Virus record (IMG/VR): IMGVR_UViG_3300033070_001161
Span: 1-64,000 of that record
From: a virus
Lineage: Duplodnaviria > Caudoviricetes
Strand: one strand, 5' to 3'
DNA: 64,000 nucleotides
The notes below the pieces were generated by a model, which searched no databases, was not told the origin of the DNA, and worked only from the letters and a program-made list of their open reading frames with translations. Positions within the stretch are counted from its first letter, which is position 1. Every line of letters begins with the position of its first letter. This document shows positions 49,149 through 57,685 of this stretch, in pieces. The position numbers and the translations under genes were made by a program.

Positions 49149-49556
49149 ATGGCAATCTTAATTGGGGATGAAAGTTCCTCTAAATCATTGACTATTGAAC
49201 AAATAGCGTCAAGGCTTTCGTATTTCTATGAGCAAATACATCTGCTCCATTGGCAAACAACATCTATTGCTGAACATCAATCTTTAGGATCATTATATGA
49301 AAAACTAGTAGATTTTAAAGATGAAATAATTGAAAAGCTGATGGGATATATGTCAAAGCGACCGTCTGCTTTTAAAATAGAACCATTAGTTAATTATAGT
49401 CAAGGTGTTCCTCAAAAAATGGTGAAAGCATTAGCTACATTTGCTACTCAATTAGAAAGTTGGGCAGAAGAACAAGAATATTGTGATGTAGAACAAATAG
49501 CACAAACGCTAAATGGGGAAGCTAATAAGACACTATATCTATTAACTCTAAGCTAA
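49149..49556 (+). CDS. Ferritin/Dps-like four-helix protein (DUF5856-like)
   Basis: QIHLLHWQT.S.AEH.SLG.LYE.L.DFKDEIIEKLMG. Confidence 0.7.
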   Translation: MAILIGDESSSKSLTIEQIASRLSYFYEQIHLLHWQTTSIAEHQSLGSLYEKLVDFKDEIIEKLMGYMSKRPSAFKIEPLVNYSQGVPQKMVKALATFATQLESWAEEQEYCDVEQIAQTLNGEANKTLYLLTLS

Positions 49557-49558
49557 AT

Positions 49559-49840
49559 ATGGAAGTATCATATAAGAATTTTACAAAAGATCATATTCTA
49601 GACAATGAGGCTCATTATTTTGATTTGTTGGAGACGCTTATTGATAGTATGGACAGTAATTCCTACTTCACAATAATAAAGAATCCAGAAGATTATACTT
49701 TTCGACTTAGTTTATCTATTAGAAAAATAGATCATATAATAAGTCATATAAACTCCCTCAATAACGCATGGGGAATAAAAGCAGATTTTTCTAAATCTAT
49801 GAGATCAGGAAATATTTTTTGGAAAATTCATATAAGTTAA
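49559..49840 (+). CDS. Hypothetical protein
   Basis: 93-aa ORF, closely packed with neighbours. Confidence 0.55.
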   Translation: MEVSYKNFTKDHILDNEAHYFDLLETLIDSMDSNSYFTIIKNPEDYTFRLSLSIRKIDHIISHINSLNNAWGIKADFSKSMRSGNIFWKIHIS

Positions 49841-49850
49841 TTACCTTTAC
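49818..49850 (+). promoter_or_regulatory. Variant Bacteroidota-type promoter
   Basis: TTTGGAAAATTCA (same as at 550), 20-nt spacer after TTTG, TACCTTTAC. Confidence 0.5.
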
Positions 49851-49871
49851 ACTATAAAACCAGATAAAAAA

Positions 49872-50300
49872 ATGAAAACAATTAAATTAAAAACTAAATA
49901 TCTCGAAAACTATTTAGTTGAAATCTTTGGATCGGACAGGGTACAAGACCCACTTCTTTTAAAGAATATTTCTCAAAAAACTAAATTCAACCTAAAAAAA
50001 CTAGGTAATTCAATTCAAACAGAATATCGTCAAGTAGTTGATCATATTAAAGAATTATTTGATGAGTACCATGAGGAATATATACCAGAAGGAGAAAGCA
50101 CTCCTAAGAAAAGAATTAAAGAAGGATTAAGTGAGGAATTTAATACCAAACTTAAAGAACTTGATGAACTTGTCGTAGAGATACAAACAGTAGAATTCAC
50201 CGAAAAAGACTTTACAGATGTTGTTACAAAAGAAATTGTTGCAGGAAGCGTATATTACAATATTCTCGATGTCCTGTTATGGGAAGAACAAGTTGATTGA
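49872..50300 (+). CDS. Hypothetical acidic helical protein
   Basis: 142-aa ORF, last gene before the convergent terminator. Confidence 0.6.
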   Translation: MKTIKLKTKYLENYLVEIFGSDRVQDPLLLKNISQKTKFNLKKLGNSIQTEYRQVVDHIKELFDEYHEEYIPEGESTPKKRIKEGLSEEFNTKLKELDELVVEIQTVEFTEKDFTDVVTKEIVAGSVYYNILDVLLWEEQVD

Positions 50301-50320
50301 TTACATTGTTGACATAAGTA

Positions 50321-50348
50321 AAAAAGCCCCTAATTAAAGGGGCTTTTT
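50321..50348. terminator. Bidirectional Rho-independent terminator
   Basis: AAAAAGCCCCT-aattaa-AGGGGCTTTTT at the convergence of the plus and minus gene blocks. Confidence 0.9.
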
Positions 50349-51929
50349 CGTTTGTGGCCAATTATTAACATATTCTCTTAATTCTTCTTTTGACATTGCT
50401 CTTATCTTTTCCAGCTCTTCGTAATTCTTACCAAACATAGGATTCGATCCTCCACTATCAGGTCCACACCAATGATCTACGTGATATACTATTCCTTTGA
50501 TTCTCAGGATTTTATATCCTAATTTATCAAATCGTTCATATCTCTCCACATCTTCCGGGCCGTAGCTTATAAAGTTTTCATTCTCTCCTCCTCCTTCAAA
50601 AAACTTGTCTTTATTCCATATAATAATATGTCCTACACTCTTAGGATCAAATGGTCGTGTTCCTTTAAACACCGTACTACCTAATATACCCACATCTCCT
50701 CCTCTATCCCTCAGTTTGCGATACCACTCCACTCTATTTAATCGAGCTACCCTACCATCATAAGGATACACCATATCAGCTTCTCCTCGTCTAATAGCAT
50801 CTACACCAAGTTTCATCTGTAGAATTGAACATATATTATCGCAATCGAAATTTATTACACACTTATAACTTAATGCACTACTAGCCATAACATTTAACAT
50901 TCGAGTTCTATGAAAATGTTCTCCTCCAAATATACTATAATTATGATTGGGTAGAAATTTACCAAAGAAATTGCCTCCTTGTTCTCCTACATGAATCGTA
51001 GATTCAAAATTATTCTCAATCCATTTGAGAATTAATTCCATATTTTCTTCTCTATCTTTATGGTCATACTTTACAGGAATTGTAAAATATGCATCTTTTA
51101 TATCAAGTTTTTCACCTCTATAATCATATGATGTCCAATCTTCCGGCCAAAAATCATCAGTGTTATGTGTTTCTTCCAAATATCCTTTAAAGTATTTAGA
51201 AGGATATACAACAGTACTATCTGGTTTTTGTCCAAGATAAGCCTGCCACCATGAAAATGTGCTATTAGGTATAATAAAATGATCGCAGAATGTACCTAAA
51301 CAGAGCTGTTCTATATCAGATAATCCATCTGCAAAATGGATACTTTCATGACAATCTAAATGGCGTTTAGCATAGTCATAATTATCACTAAATACAAGAA
51401 TGTTATTTTCCTGTTCCCAATTTGGGAAATATTTATATAAAGCTCCAAGTTGATATTTAATATCTAAAATTTCATAATTTCCATTATCTACATAATCTTC
51501 TGCTACACGTATACCAATTAATATTGTATGTTTATTATTTGAAAATATATGACTATATTGTTCATACAACCTATATTTAAATTCAGGTATAAAATTAAAT
51601 AATAAACCACTTATATCAGACCTATAGTGTGCCCAATATTTAGGAGATTGCAACCATCCTGTAACGCTAACATGTTCCTTTCCTTCAAACTGTTCCTTCC
51701 AATAATCCCATCCAGAGAATGAGTAAGATGGTTCACCTATATCCTGTTTAAAATCTCCTCTTGGAATAAGAGGAATATTAGATGTAAAATATTCAGCATA
51801 ATTCCATTCAGGAAGTGCTAATTTCCTATTAAATCGTTTTGACATTCCATATAATGCAGCTAATTGAAACATTGAGTTTCCAAGTCTACCCATTCTTCGT
51901 CCAAATTTAGAATAAGAAATAGTTTTCAT
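50334..51929 (-). CDS. Bifunctional glycosyltransferase: GT11 (alpha-1,2-fucosyltransferase-like) fused to GT2/GT7C (galactosyltransferase-like)
   Basis: N-half GRLGNSMFQ, GWLQSPKYW, VFSD, HFIIPNSTFSWWQAYL; C-half FHRTRMLN, NFDCD, GGENENFISYGPEDVER..R..G..I.R..G..YH.DH. Confidence 0.8.
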   Translation of the reverse strand: MKTISYSKFGRRMGRLGNSMFQLAALYGMSKRFNRKLALPEWNYAEYFTSNIPLIPRGDFKQDIGEPSYSFSGWDYWKEQFEGKEHVSVTGWLQSPKYWAHYRSDISGLLFNFIPEFKYRLYEQYSHIFSNNKHTILIGIRVAEDYVDNGNYEILDIKYQLGALYKYFPNWEQENNILVFSDNYDYAKRHLDCHESIHFADGLSDIEQLCLGTFCDHFIIPNSTFSWWQAYLGQKPDSTVVYPSKYFKGYLEETHNTDDFWPEDWTSYDYRGEKLDIKDAYFTIPVKYDHKDREENMELILKWIENNFESTIHVGEQGGNFFGKFLPNHNYSIFGGEHFHRTRMLNVMASSALSYKCVINFDCDNICSILQMKLGVDAIRRGEADMVYPYDGRVARLNRVEWYRKLRDRGGDVGILGSTVFKGTRPFDPKSVGHIIIWNKDKFFEGGGENENFISYGPEDVERYERFDKLGYKILRIKGIVYHVDHWCGPDSGGSNPMFGKNYEELEKIRAMSKEELREYVNNWPQTKKPL

Positions 51930-52663
51930 ATTATACGTGTTTTATTATTTAAAATTCTACATATTAATGCTGTAGATACCTTATATTCTTTAGATAATTT
52001 TTTATGGGTATAATATCCAGTTTTATATTTATTTCTTATATCAATTATATCTATATCTAATAATTTGGAGTTCCAATGATCTTCTCCAAATACTTTTTTA
52101 ATTTTTCCATTCTTTAATCCTATTGTTCTAGCCGTAGATAATGCTTTTTTATGACTATCTGATTTATTAATACCTTTAGTAGATAAAGATATTTTTTGTT
52201 TTGTCTTTTCTGAATGCTTAAATTTTTTTAATTTTCTAGTAGCTGTTCTTTTTTCTATAGATATTGGATTTAATTTAATTCCTAAATGACATTTAGATAT
52301 TTTAATTTTAGTTTCTTTTGTATGTTTTTTACTTGATAATTTTATTTTAGTTTCTTCTGAGTGTTTTCCTCTACTTCCTGCATTTCTGATATTTAAAAGA
52401 GTAAATCCACAATCTTTATATAAATCCATATATAATTGCTCATATTTATCTAAAATATCCTGAGTTACATCCAGTGGTAACTCTTGAATTATTTGAAAAT
52501 AATGATTTTCAATTCCATATTTTTTTAAAGAATTATACAACTTTTGTTGATTTATACAAGAATATGATTTATATTTAGATAATCTCGCTACTATATTCCA
52601 AGATTGTCCAATATAAATCTTATTACTAGGGCTAATAAATTTATATATTACAGGGTTACTCAT
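51926..52663 (-). mobile_element. Free-standing GIY-YIG homing endonuclease with NUMOD3 repeats
   Basis: VIYKFISPSNKIYIGQS, KH[ST]EETK repeats, C-terminal HTH. Confidence 0.85.
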
Positions 52664-53226
52664 AATTTTTGAAATATTAATAGAGTATTTTTAAAATATT
52701 CATAATGTCCTTCTATAACAGATCGAGCGTATGTAGTAGGTTCCATTAAAAATTTCATATTTCTTTTACATACTTGTTCAATCACCCATGTATTTTCTTG
52801 ACAATTTACATGGCCTATTCCATCTTGTCCCGGAACTGCCCATGATAATATTAGCACTTTTGAATGTGCTGTATTATAACATATATTGTTTAAAAATTGA
52901 TCTGTATATTCAAGGGGAATGTGTTCTCCTACTTCTAAACATAATGAATTACCTATAGGGTCTTTTGTTATAGGTGATGTTAAATCTTGTTCCATTATAT
53001 TTGAAAATTCTCCAAAATCTCGTATATTAGGTGTACCTTCTATACCATGTAAAAGTTCAAACCCCCTATCATGAAAATATCTAAGATATGATCCTACACC
53101 ACATCCCCAGTCTATAAGTACATCCTTTTTATCTAAATAATCACCTATCCATTTAGCCAATCTGTAGCTAAAGTCATGGCTACTACTGGCTTCATTTATT
53201 GTCCATATTCCTGTTTCTGTAGGCAT
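52660..53226 (-). CDS. Class I SAM-dependent methyltransferase
   Basis: IDWGCGVGSYL, LEVGEHIP, LILSWAVPGQDGIGHVN. Confidence 0.8.
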   Translation of the reverse strand: MPTETGIWTINEASSSHDFSYRLAKWIGDYLDKKDVLIDWGCGVGSYLRYFHDRGFELLHGIEGTPNIRDFGEFSNIMEQDLTSPITKDPIGNSLCLEVGEHIPLEYTDQFLNNICYNTAHSKVLILSWAVPGQDGIGHVNCQENTWVIEQVCKRNMKFLMEPTTYARSVIEGHYEYFKNTLLIFQKL

Positions 53227-53227
53227 A

Positions 53228-53635
53228 TTATTCTTTATATTCTAAGTTATATTTACTATAATGTTTATCCCAAAGTTCTTTATCTTTCTGTTTTTCATAT
53301 TGTCTAATCAAAGCTCGTTCACCATCATAATCAAATAATTTATTAAGCATATCACGAAGAGAATCTATTGTAAAGGTAGTATTTACGGGCTTTTCTTTCA
53401 TTTGTTCATATATACCTTTCGTTGATGATTTAAAATCAGGTTTAGGATACTTTTCTGCAAAATAAGCATCATGTACTTCTTGAGGGATAGATTTATATTT
53501 ATGCTCCCAAGGAAACCATTCTGGATATTTATCAATAATTATACGTACTCTTTCCATTGTTTCTCTACCAACATATTTTACATGGTTATATACCATTACT
53601 TCTTGTACTTCAGTAGGGATTAAACTAGTTATCAT
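53228..53635 (-). CDS. Hypothetical protein
   Basis: 135-aa ORF coupled to its neighbours. Confidence 0.55.
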   Translation of the reverse strand: MITSLIPTEVQEVMVYNHVKYVGRETMERVRIIIDKYPEWFPWEHKYKSIPQEVHDAYFAEKYPKPDFKSSTKGIYEQMKEKPVNTTFTIDSLRDMLNKLFDYDGERALIRQYEKQKDKELWDKHYSKYNLEYKE

Positions 53636-54279
53636 TTCTTTTCAATTACAATTAATTCTTTATAAAAAGATATAGATGCTATCATATCTTCATATTTCTC
53701 CAATCCTCCGTAATTCTGTGTATTACTGATATGTTCAAAATTAAGAACATCAGTGAGACGCTTAAAAAAGTTCATTGTAGTGTTTGTATAAGGATCACCA
53801 CCATCATCACCCTGATATTCTTCACTATCCCAATAGCTTGTATGTACATCTTCCACAATATAATACCCTCTTTCGTTTAATAGAGGAAATAATATTTCAA
53901 AAGATCGTATAGTTCTTTGATTATTATGACTAGCATCATCAATGATAATATCAAAATGGTTCCCTTTCATTATCAATTTTAAAAAGAAATCCCTATCATT
54001 CTGATCGCCTATATGTGTTTCTATTCTGTTAGGAACATTTAAAAATTCTTTTTTATATATATCTACACCTATTATTTTAGCATTTGGTAAATAATCAGCA
54101 AAAGCTTTTAAATCACCTCCTCCCCTATCTTCATAATGATACCCACCTATTCCTAATTCTAATAATGTAAAATCAGAATGTCTAATTGGGTCTAATATTC
54201 TTGTATATATAGGGGAGTAATTATGATGATTACTCCCCTTATCACTTCCATATTTATTAAATAATTCGTCTAACGTCAT
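53632..54279 (-). CDS. Sugar O-methyltransferase (MycE/ElmMI-like)
   Basis: KYGSDKG..H.Y...Y, LLELGIGG, IIGVDI, GDQND, DIIIDDASH, GYYIVEDVHTSYW. Confidence 0.75.
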   Translation of the reverse strand: MTLDELFNKYGSDKGSNHHNYSPIYTRILDPIRHSDFTLLELGIGGYHYEDRGGGDLKAFADYLPNAKIIGVDIYKKEFLNVPNRIETHIGDQNDRDFFLKLIMKGNHFDIIIDDASHNNQRTIRSFEILFPLLNERGYYIVEDVHTSYWDSEEYQGDDGGDPYTNTTMNFFKRLTDVLNFEHISNTQNYGGLEKYEDMIASISFYKELIVIEKK

Positions 54280-54536
54280 GGTTTATAGTTTAATTGCAAT
54301 CCGTATTTTTTGAAATATTCATTGATTAGACTAAAATCATGTGTCCTTTTCCAGATACGCTTTAATCTACGGCAATGATTTACAGGATGTTGTTCCCATT
54401 CTCCTATAAGTTGCTGTTTTTTCTCATTAAAATGAGTTCCCGGCCAGTATTTATGAAATGCATAATACTCGTCAGGGGGAAGTTTATTACCTTCTTGTCT
54501 AATCCATTTAAAAATATCCTTATTTCCTATTGTCAT
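54276..54536 (-). CDS. Hypothetical protein
   Basis: 86-aa ORF with 4-nt overlaps. Confidence 0.55.
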   Translation of the reverse strand: MTIGNKDIFKWIRQEGNKLPPDEYYAFHKYWPGTHFNEKKQQLIGEWEQHPVNHCRRLKRIWKRTHDFSLINEYFKKYGLQLNYKP

Positions 54537-54880
54537 ATTAGTTCTCCTTTTTCATGTAAAGATAGTAATTTTTTATATTCAGCGTACTGTTTCGGTGCTT
54601 TTTCTGGAAATTCTGAAAATTGAGTGTGTGCATCAGGATGTACAATTTTAACATTCCATTCACAAAACTTATATTGAGGATACTTAGATTTTGGTAATAT
54701 ATGACTATACACAACACTGGATTGTCTATATCTATCTCTTGATAGTTTCTGACCCGTTTCAAAACATATAACGTAAGTATTACCAAAATGATTCATTATT
54801 TCTCGTTCATCCCATAATGAAAAAAAGAAGAGTTTCATTAATTCGTTTTCTGCTTTTTTTTGATCTTTTATTTTTCTCAT
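54533..54880 (-). CDS. Small HNH/NinG-like nuclease-fold protein
   Basis: CFETG...SHILPKSKYP......WNV...HPDAH pattern. Confidence 0.5.
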   Translation of the reverse strand: MRKIKDQKKAENELMKLFFFSLWDEREIMNHFGNTYVICFETGQKLSRDRYRQSSVVYSHILPKSKYPQYKFCEWNVKIVHPDAHTQFSEFPEKAPKQYAEYKKLLSLHEKGELI

Positions 54881-55134
54881 TATACCCTGCTATAAATTTT
54901 ATTAAAATTTTCATTAAAGAAATCAATCATGTTATTTGTCACTTTTCTCCATCTTTTATATAAATGTGTACGTTTATCGGGTACATTTTCTGTATAATTT
55001 TCAATTAAATCCATTAATTCAGCAGCACTTATATCCTTCATAAATACACCATTTCCAATATATTGTGGGCCTAGTGGTGCATTATCAGTGTCATAATCAT
55101 CTAAATTTGGTTTTTTACTCGTATTCTTCTTCAT
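54880..55134 (-). CDS. Hypothetical protein
   Basis: Probable start at ATG 55134 (MKKNTSKK). Confidence 0.5.
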   Translation of the reverse strand: MKKNTSKKPNLDDYDTDNAPLGPQYIGNGVFMKDISAAELMDLIENYTENVPDKRTHLYKRWRKVTNNMIDFFNENFNKIYSRV

Positions 55135-55273
55135 ATATCTTGAGTTTTCTATTGATATAGTCAATCTTCATTTTTTGATTTTTAGTTATGTCAATCATAT
55201 CTGTATAAAAATCAATAAGCCAATCTATCACTCTGTAATATCCATTAGAAGTTATATTTATATCTCCTGTCAT
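55115..55273 (-). CDS. Small hypothetical protein (52 aa, not in ORF track)
   Basis: MTGDINITSN...YEEEYE; ATGA-coupled to the stop of 55270-55644. Confidence 0.45.
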   Translation of the reverse strand: MTGDINITSNGYYRVIDWLIDFYTDMIDITKNQKMKIDYINRKLKIYEEEYE

Positions 55274-55644
55274 TTTATTGTAGTGATTACACCATTTTTA
55301 ATTGTACATGTATGTTCTCCAATTCCAATTGGAAATTCTGCATTTCCAAGCACTTTCCACATTCTAATAAGTTCATCAGTGATCACTTTATTTTCAACAT
55401 CATTTACATCTATAAGCTCAACTCTTTCTAAAAATCTTAATTTTGCATGTTCGCTTAATACAAGTTTATCTTTTGTCAGATCAGCTATTTGAGCTTTTAT
55501 ACTATTGATATTCCTACTACGCTTTTTTATATTTTCAACAACCTCACACCTCTGTTTTTCCAGTACTCCCAATTCAGCTTTCTCCTTTTCAAGCCTTGAA
55601 TATAACGATTTTAACGTCACTTCAGATTTTATAGATTTATCCAT
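55270..55644 (-). CDS. Hypothetical protein: coiled coil plus SEHA.LR.LER domain
   Basis: N-terminal coiled coil; LSEHAKLRFLER resembles RelE-like/DUF4258-type folds. Confidence 0.45.
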   Translation of the reverse strand: MDKSIKSEVTLKSLYSRLEKEKAELGVLEKQRCEVVENIKKRSRNINSIKAQIADLTKDKLVLSEHAKLRFLERVELIDVNDVENKVITDELIRMWKVLGNAEFPIGIGEHTCTIKNGVITTIK

Positions 55645-55646
55645 AG

Positions 55647-56012
55647 TTATTTCCTTAAAAATTCATCCCAAAGTTCTTTTTCTTCGTCTACTTTTTCTTC
55701 CTTAATATGCTTTACTACACCATGTTCATTTGGTTTTCCCCATTTACGTTTTTTAATTATTTCAAATTTATCACGTATAAGATTGACGATATCATCATAC
55801 TCATATCCATTGATATGAGCAGACTCAAATAATAGTATAAAGCAATCAGCATATTCGTTTTTTATATTTTGGCTATTTGGAGAAGTTGATTTCAACTCCT
55901 CCATAAGCTCTACAATTTCCTCTTCTAAATGTTTCAATTTAGAAACATTTGAACCATGTGGAAAGGTTTCTCTTTGCCATTCTGTTATTTCTTTAAATAA
56001 TTCACTAGTCAT
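55647..56012 (-). CDS. dATP/dGTP pyrophosphohydrolase (DUF550, MazG-like fold)
   Basis: W..ETF, LKHLEEEI.EL, EYADCFILL, K.....KRKW.KP. Confidence 0.7.
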   Translation of the reverse strand: MTSELFKEITEWQRETFPHGSNVSKLKHLEEEIVELMEELKSTSPNSQNIKNEYADCFILLFESAHINGYEYDDIVNLIRDKFEIIKKRKWGKPNEHGVVKHIKEEKVDEEKELWDEFLRK

Positions 56013-57054
56013 TTATTTCAATATTTTTTGTTTTAATGTATTCTTTTACTTTTGTTTCGAGTTCTGCTAAATATTCAGGATTATCTTTAAGGAATTGTTT
56101 AACTCCATCTTCTCCTTGTAGTTTTGCCTCACCTACTGTATACCAAGCACCGCCTTTTGTGATTTCTCCCATTTCAAGAGCAAGATCAATTATTTCTTGA
56201 ATTCTTTGAATTCCTTTACCAAACTCTACATAATATTCAAATGTCTTATAAGGAATACCAATTTTAGATTTTGTAATTTTACCTTTTACATGTATTCCAT
56301 ATGCACCATTTGCATCTTTGTCTACACTTTTACTTATTTCAATTTTAAGAGATTGTAGATATTTCCAAGCTTCTCCTCCGGGTTCTGTAAGAGGTACATA
56401 TCCTCCAGGATTCATTCTATATTGGTTAAGATATATAAAACCACTAGTACTGGCACTTAATGCTCCATTCACAGCCCTATACGCTTTAGCCATCATAGAC
56501 GCTACTCCTGCAAGCCTACCTCCAGAAATACCATTTGCTATCTCTACAGCAGGAATTAATGCAGCAACACTATCCATTACAACCACACCATATAAATTAC
56601 TTTGCAACACTTTACATAAAAACTCAAGCCATTCTTCACCAGATAATAATTCTCTGTCTTTAATTCCTAAATGCTTGAGTAGTGATTCTCTATCAACAAG
56701 GTGTAATTTAGAAAGGTCTACACCTATTGACTGAGCATATTCAAGATCAATAGTTCCTTCAACATCAAGGAATGCACATAAATTACCCTTTTTTTGTTCT
56801 TCTGCTATTATATGTAAAGCCAGTGTCGTTTTACTACTACTTTCTTTACCAATAATACATGTACATTTACCACCTTTCGGTATGCCTAATCCACCTGTAG
56901 CAGCATCCAATGTAAGACTACCTGTACTACACCATTCTTTCACTTCATCTACTTGTCTTTCAGATGCTTTGACCATTACACCTTTACCAAAAAGTTCTTC
57001 AAATTTTTTGAAGGTTTCATCAGCTTGTGCTTCATCAGTTCTCTTTTTTGCCAT
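56005..57054 (-). CDS. recA: RecA/UvsX-like recombinase
   Basis: STGSLTLD.A.G.GIP.G, variant Walker A GKESSSKTT, FLDVE, VVMDSVAAL, NQ.R, T.PGG, G.WY. Confidence 0.85.
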   Translation of the reverse strand: MAKKRTDEAQADETFKKFEELFGKGVMVKASERQVDEVKEWCSTGSLTLDAATGGLGIPKGGKCTCIIGKESSSKTTLALHIIAEEQKKGNLCAFLDVEGTIDLEYAQSIGVDLSKLHLVDRESLLKHLGIKDRELLSGEEWLEFLCKVLQSNLYGVVVMDSVAALIPAVEIANGISGGRLAGVASMMAKAYRAVNGALSASTSGFIYLNQYRMNPGGYVPLTEPGGEAWKYLQSLKIEISKSVDKDANGAYGIHVKGKITKSKIGIPYKTFEYYVEFGKGIQRIQEIIDLALEMGEITKGGAWYTVGEAKLQGEDGVKQFLKDNPEYLAELETKVKEYIKTKNIEIND

Positions 57055-57066
57055 ATGTTTTTATTT

Positions 57067-57074
57067 CAAAGATA
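57067..57074 (-). promoter_or_regulatory. -7 promoter box upstream of recA
   Basis: TATCTTTG on the minus strand, 12 nt upstream of the ATG; weak -33. Confidence 0.5.
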
Positions 57075-57091
57075 AGAAATCTATCTGAAAT

Positions 57092-57128
57092 AAAAAAATT
57101 AAAGTCCCCCTATAGAAATAGGAGGACT
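57092..57128 (-). terminator. Rho-independent terminator
   Basis: Minus-strand AGTCCTCCTAT-ttct-ATAGGGGGACT (U-G wobble works only on this strand) followed by TTAATTTTTTT. Confidence 0.8.
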
Positions 57129-57169
57129 ATTATCAGATGTAATCAGGATTAAAACCCAAAAAGACATCC

Positions 57170-57685
57170 TTAAAATGCCTCGTTTTTAGTTTTATATTTT
57201 TCTGATAATTCGTTCATGTATGTTACAAATCTTTTATATAAATCTCGGTTGTCGTTGTTTTTTTCAAAACTTCTTGTAAATGAGAGTCTTACATCTGATG
57301 CATAACTCTTATTTGTAGTACCAATATATTCAGCTAATAACACACCTGTTATACCATTCTCCATACCATACTTAATGAATAAGCATCTGGATATATGATA
57401 ATCGTGTGTTTTATTATCTATACTGTTCTTAACGTTAAACCCTGTAAAACAAGCAATTGCATTTGCAATAGCTATTGTCTGAATTCGTCTTTTGTCAATA
57501 TCTACCATTTTTCTCCTCCAAAGGTCTAATTTTTTATTTATTATCTTAACTTTCTCTTTATATTCATCTGGTGATTTCTTGCGTTCAGAAACACCATATT
57601 GCTCACGTAATTTATCTCGTTTCTTTAATAATTTCCAGACTTTCTTTTGAATTTCGTTTTTATATTCCCATTTATATACTTTCAC
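57170..57685 (-). CDS. Hypothetical basic protein, possible C-terminal HTH
   Basis: 171 aa, GTG start overlapping the upstream TGA. Confidence 0.55.
   Translation of the reverse strand: MKVYKWEYKNEIQKKVWKLLKKRDKLREQYGVSERKKSPDEYKEKVKIINKKLDLWRRKMVDIDKRRIQTIAIANAIACFTGFNVKNSIDNKTHDYHISRCLFIKYGMENGITGVLLAEYIGTTNKSYASDVRLSFTRSFEKNNDNRDLYKRFVTYMNELSEKYKTKNEAF

Noticed and set aside
614-50300. Stop-codon reassignment, as in some crAss-like phages
   Set aside because: Very long ORFs read uninterrupted in code 11, genes tile tightly, and TAG acts as a normal stop at 46793-46795
57170-57685. DnaA domain IV-like HTH
   Set aside because: Only a vague resemblance; the RDHTTV-type signature is absent
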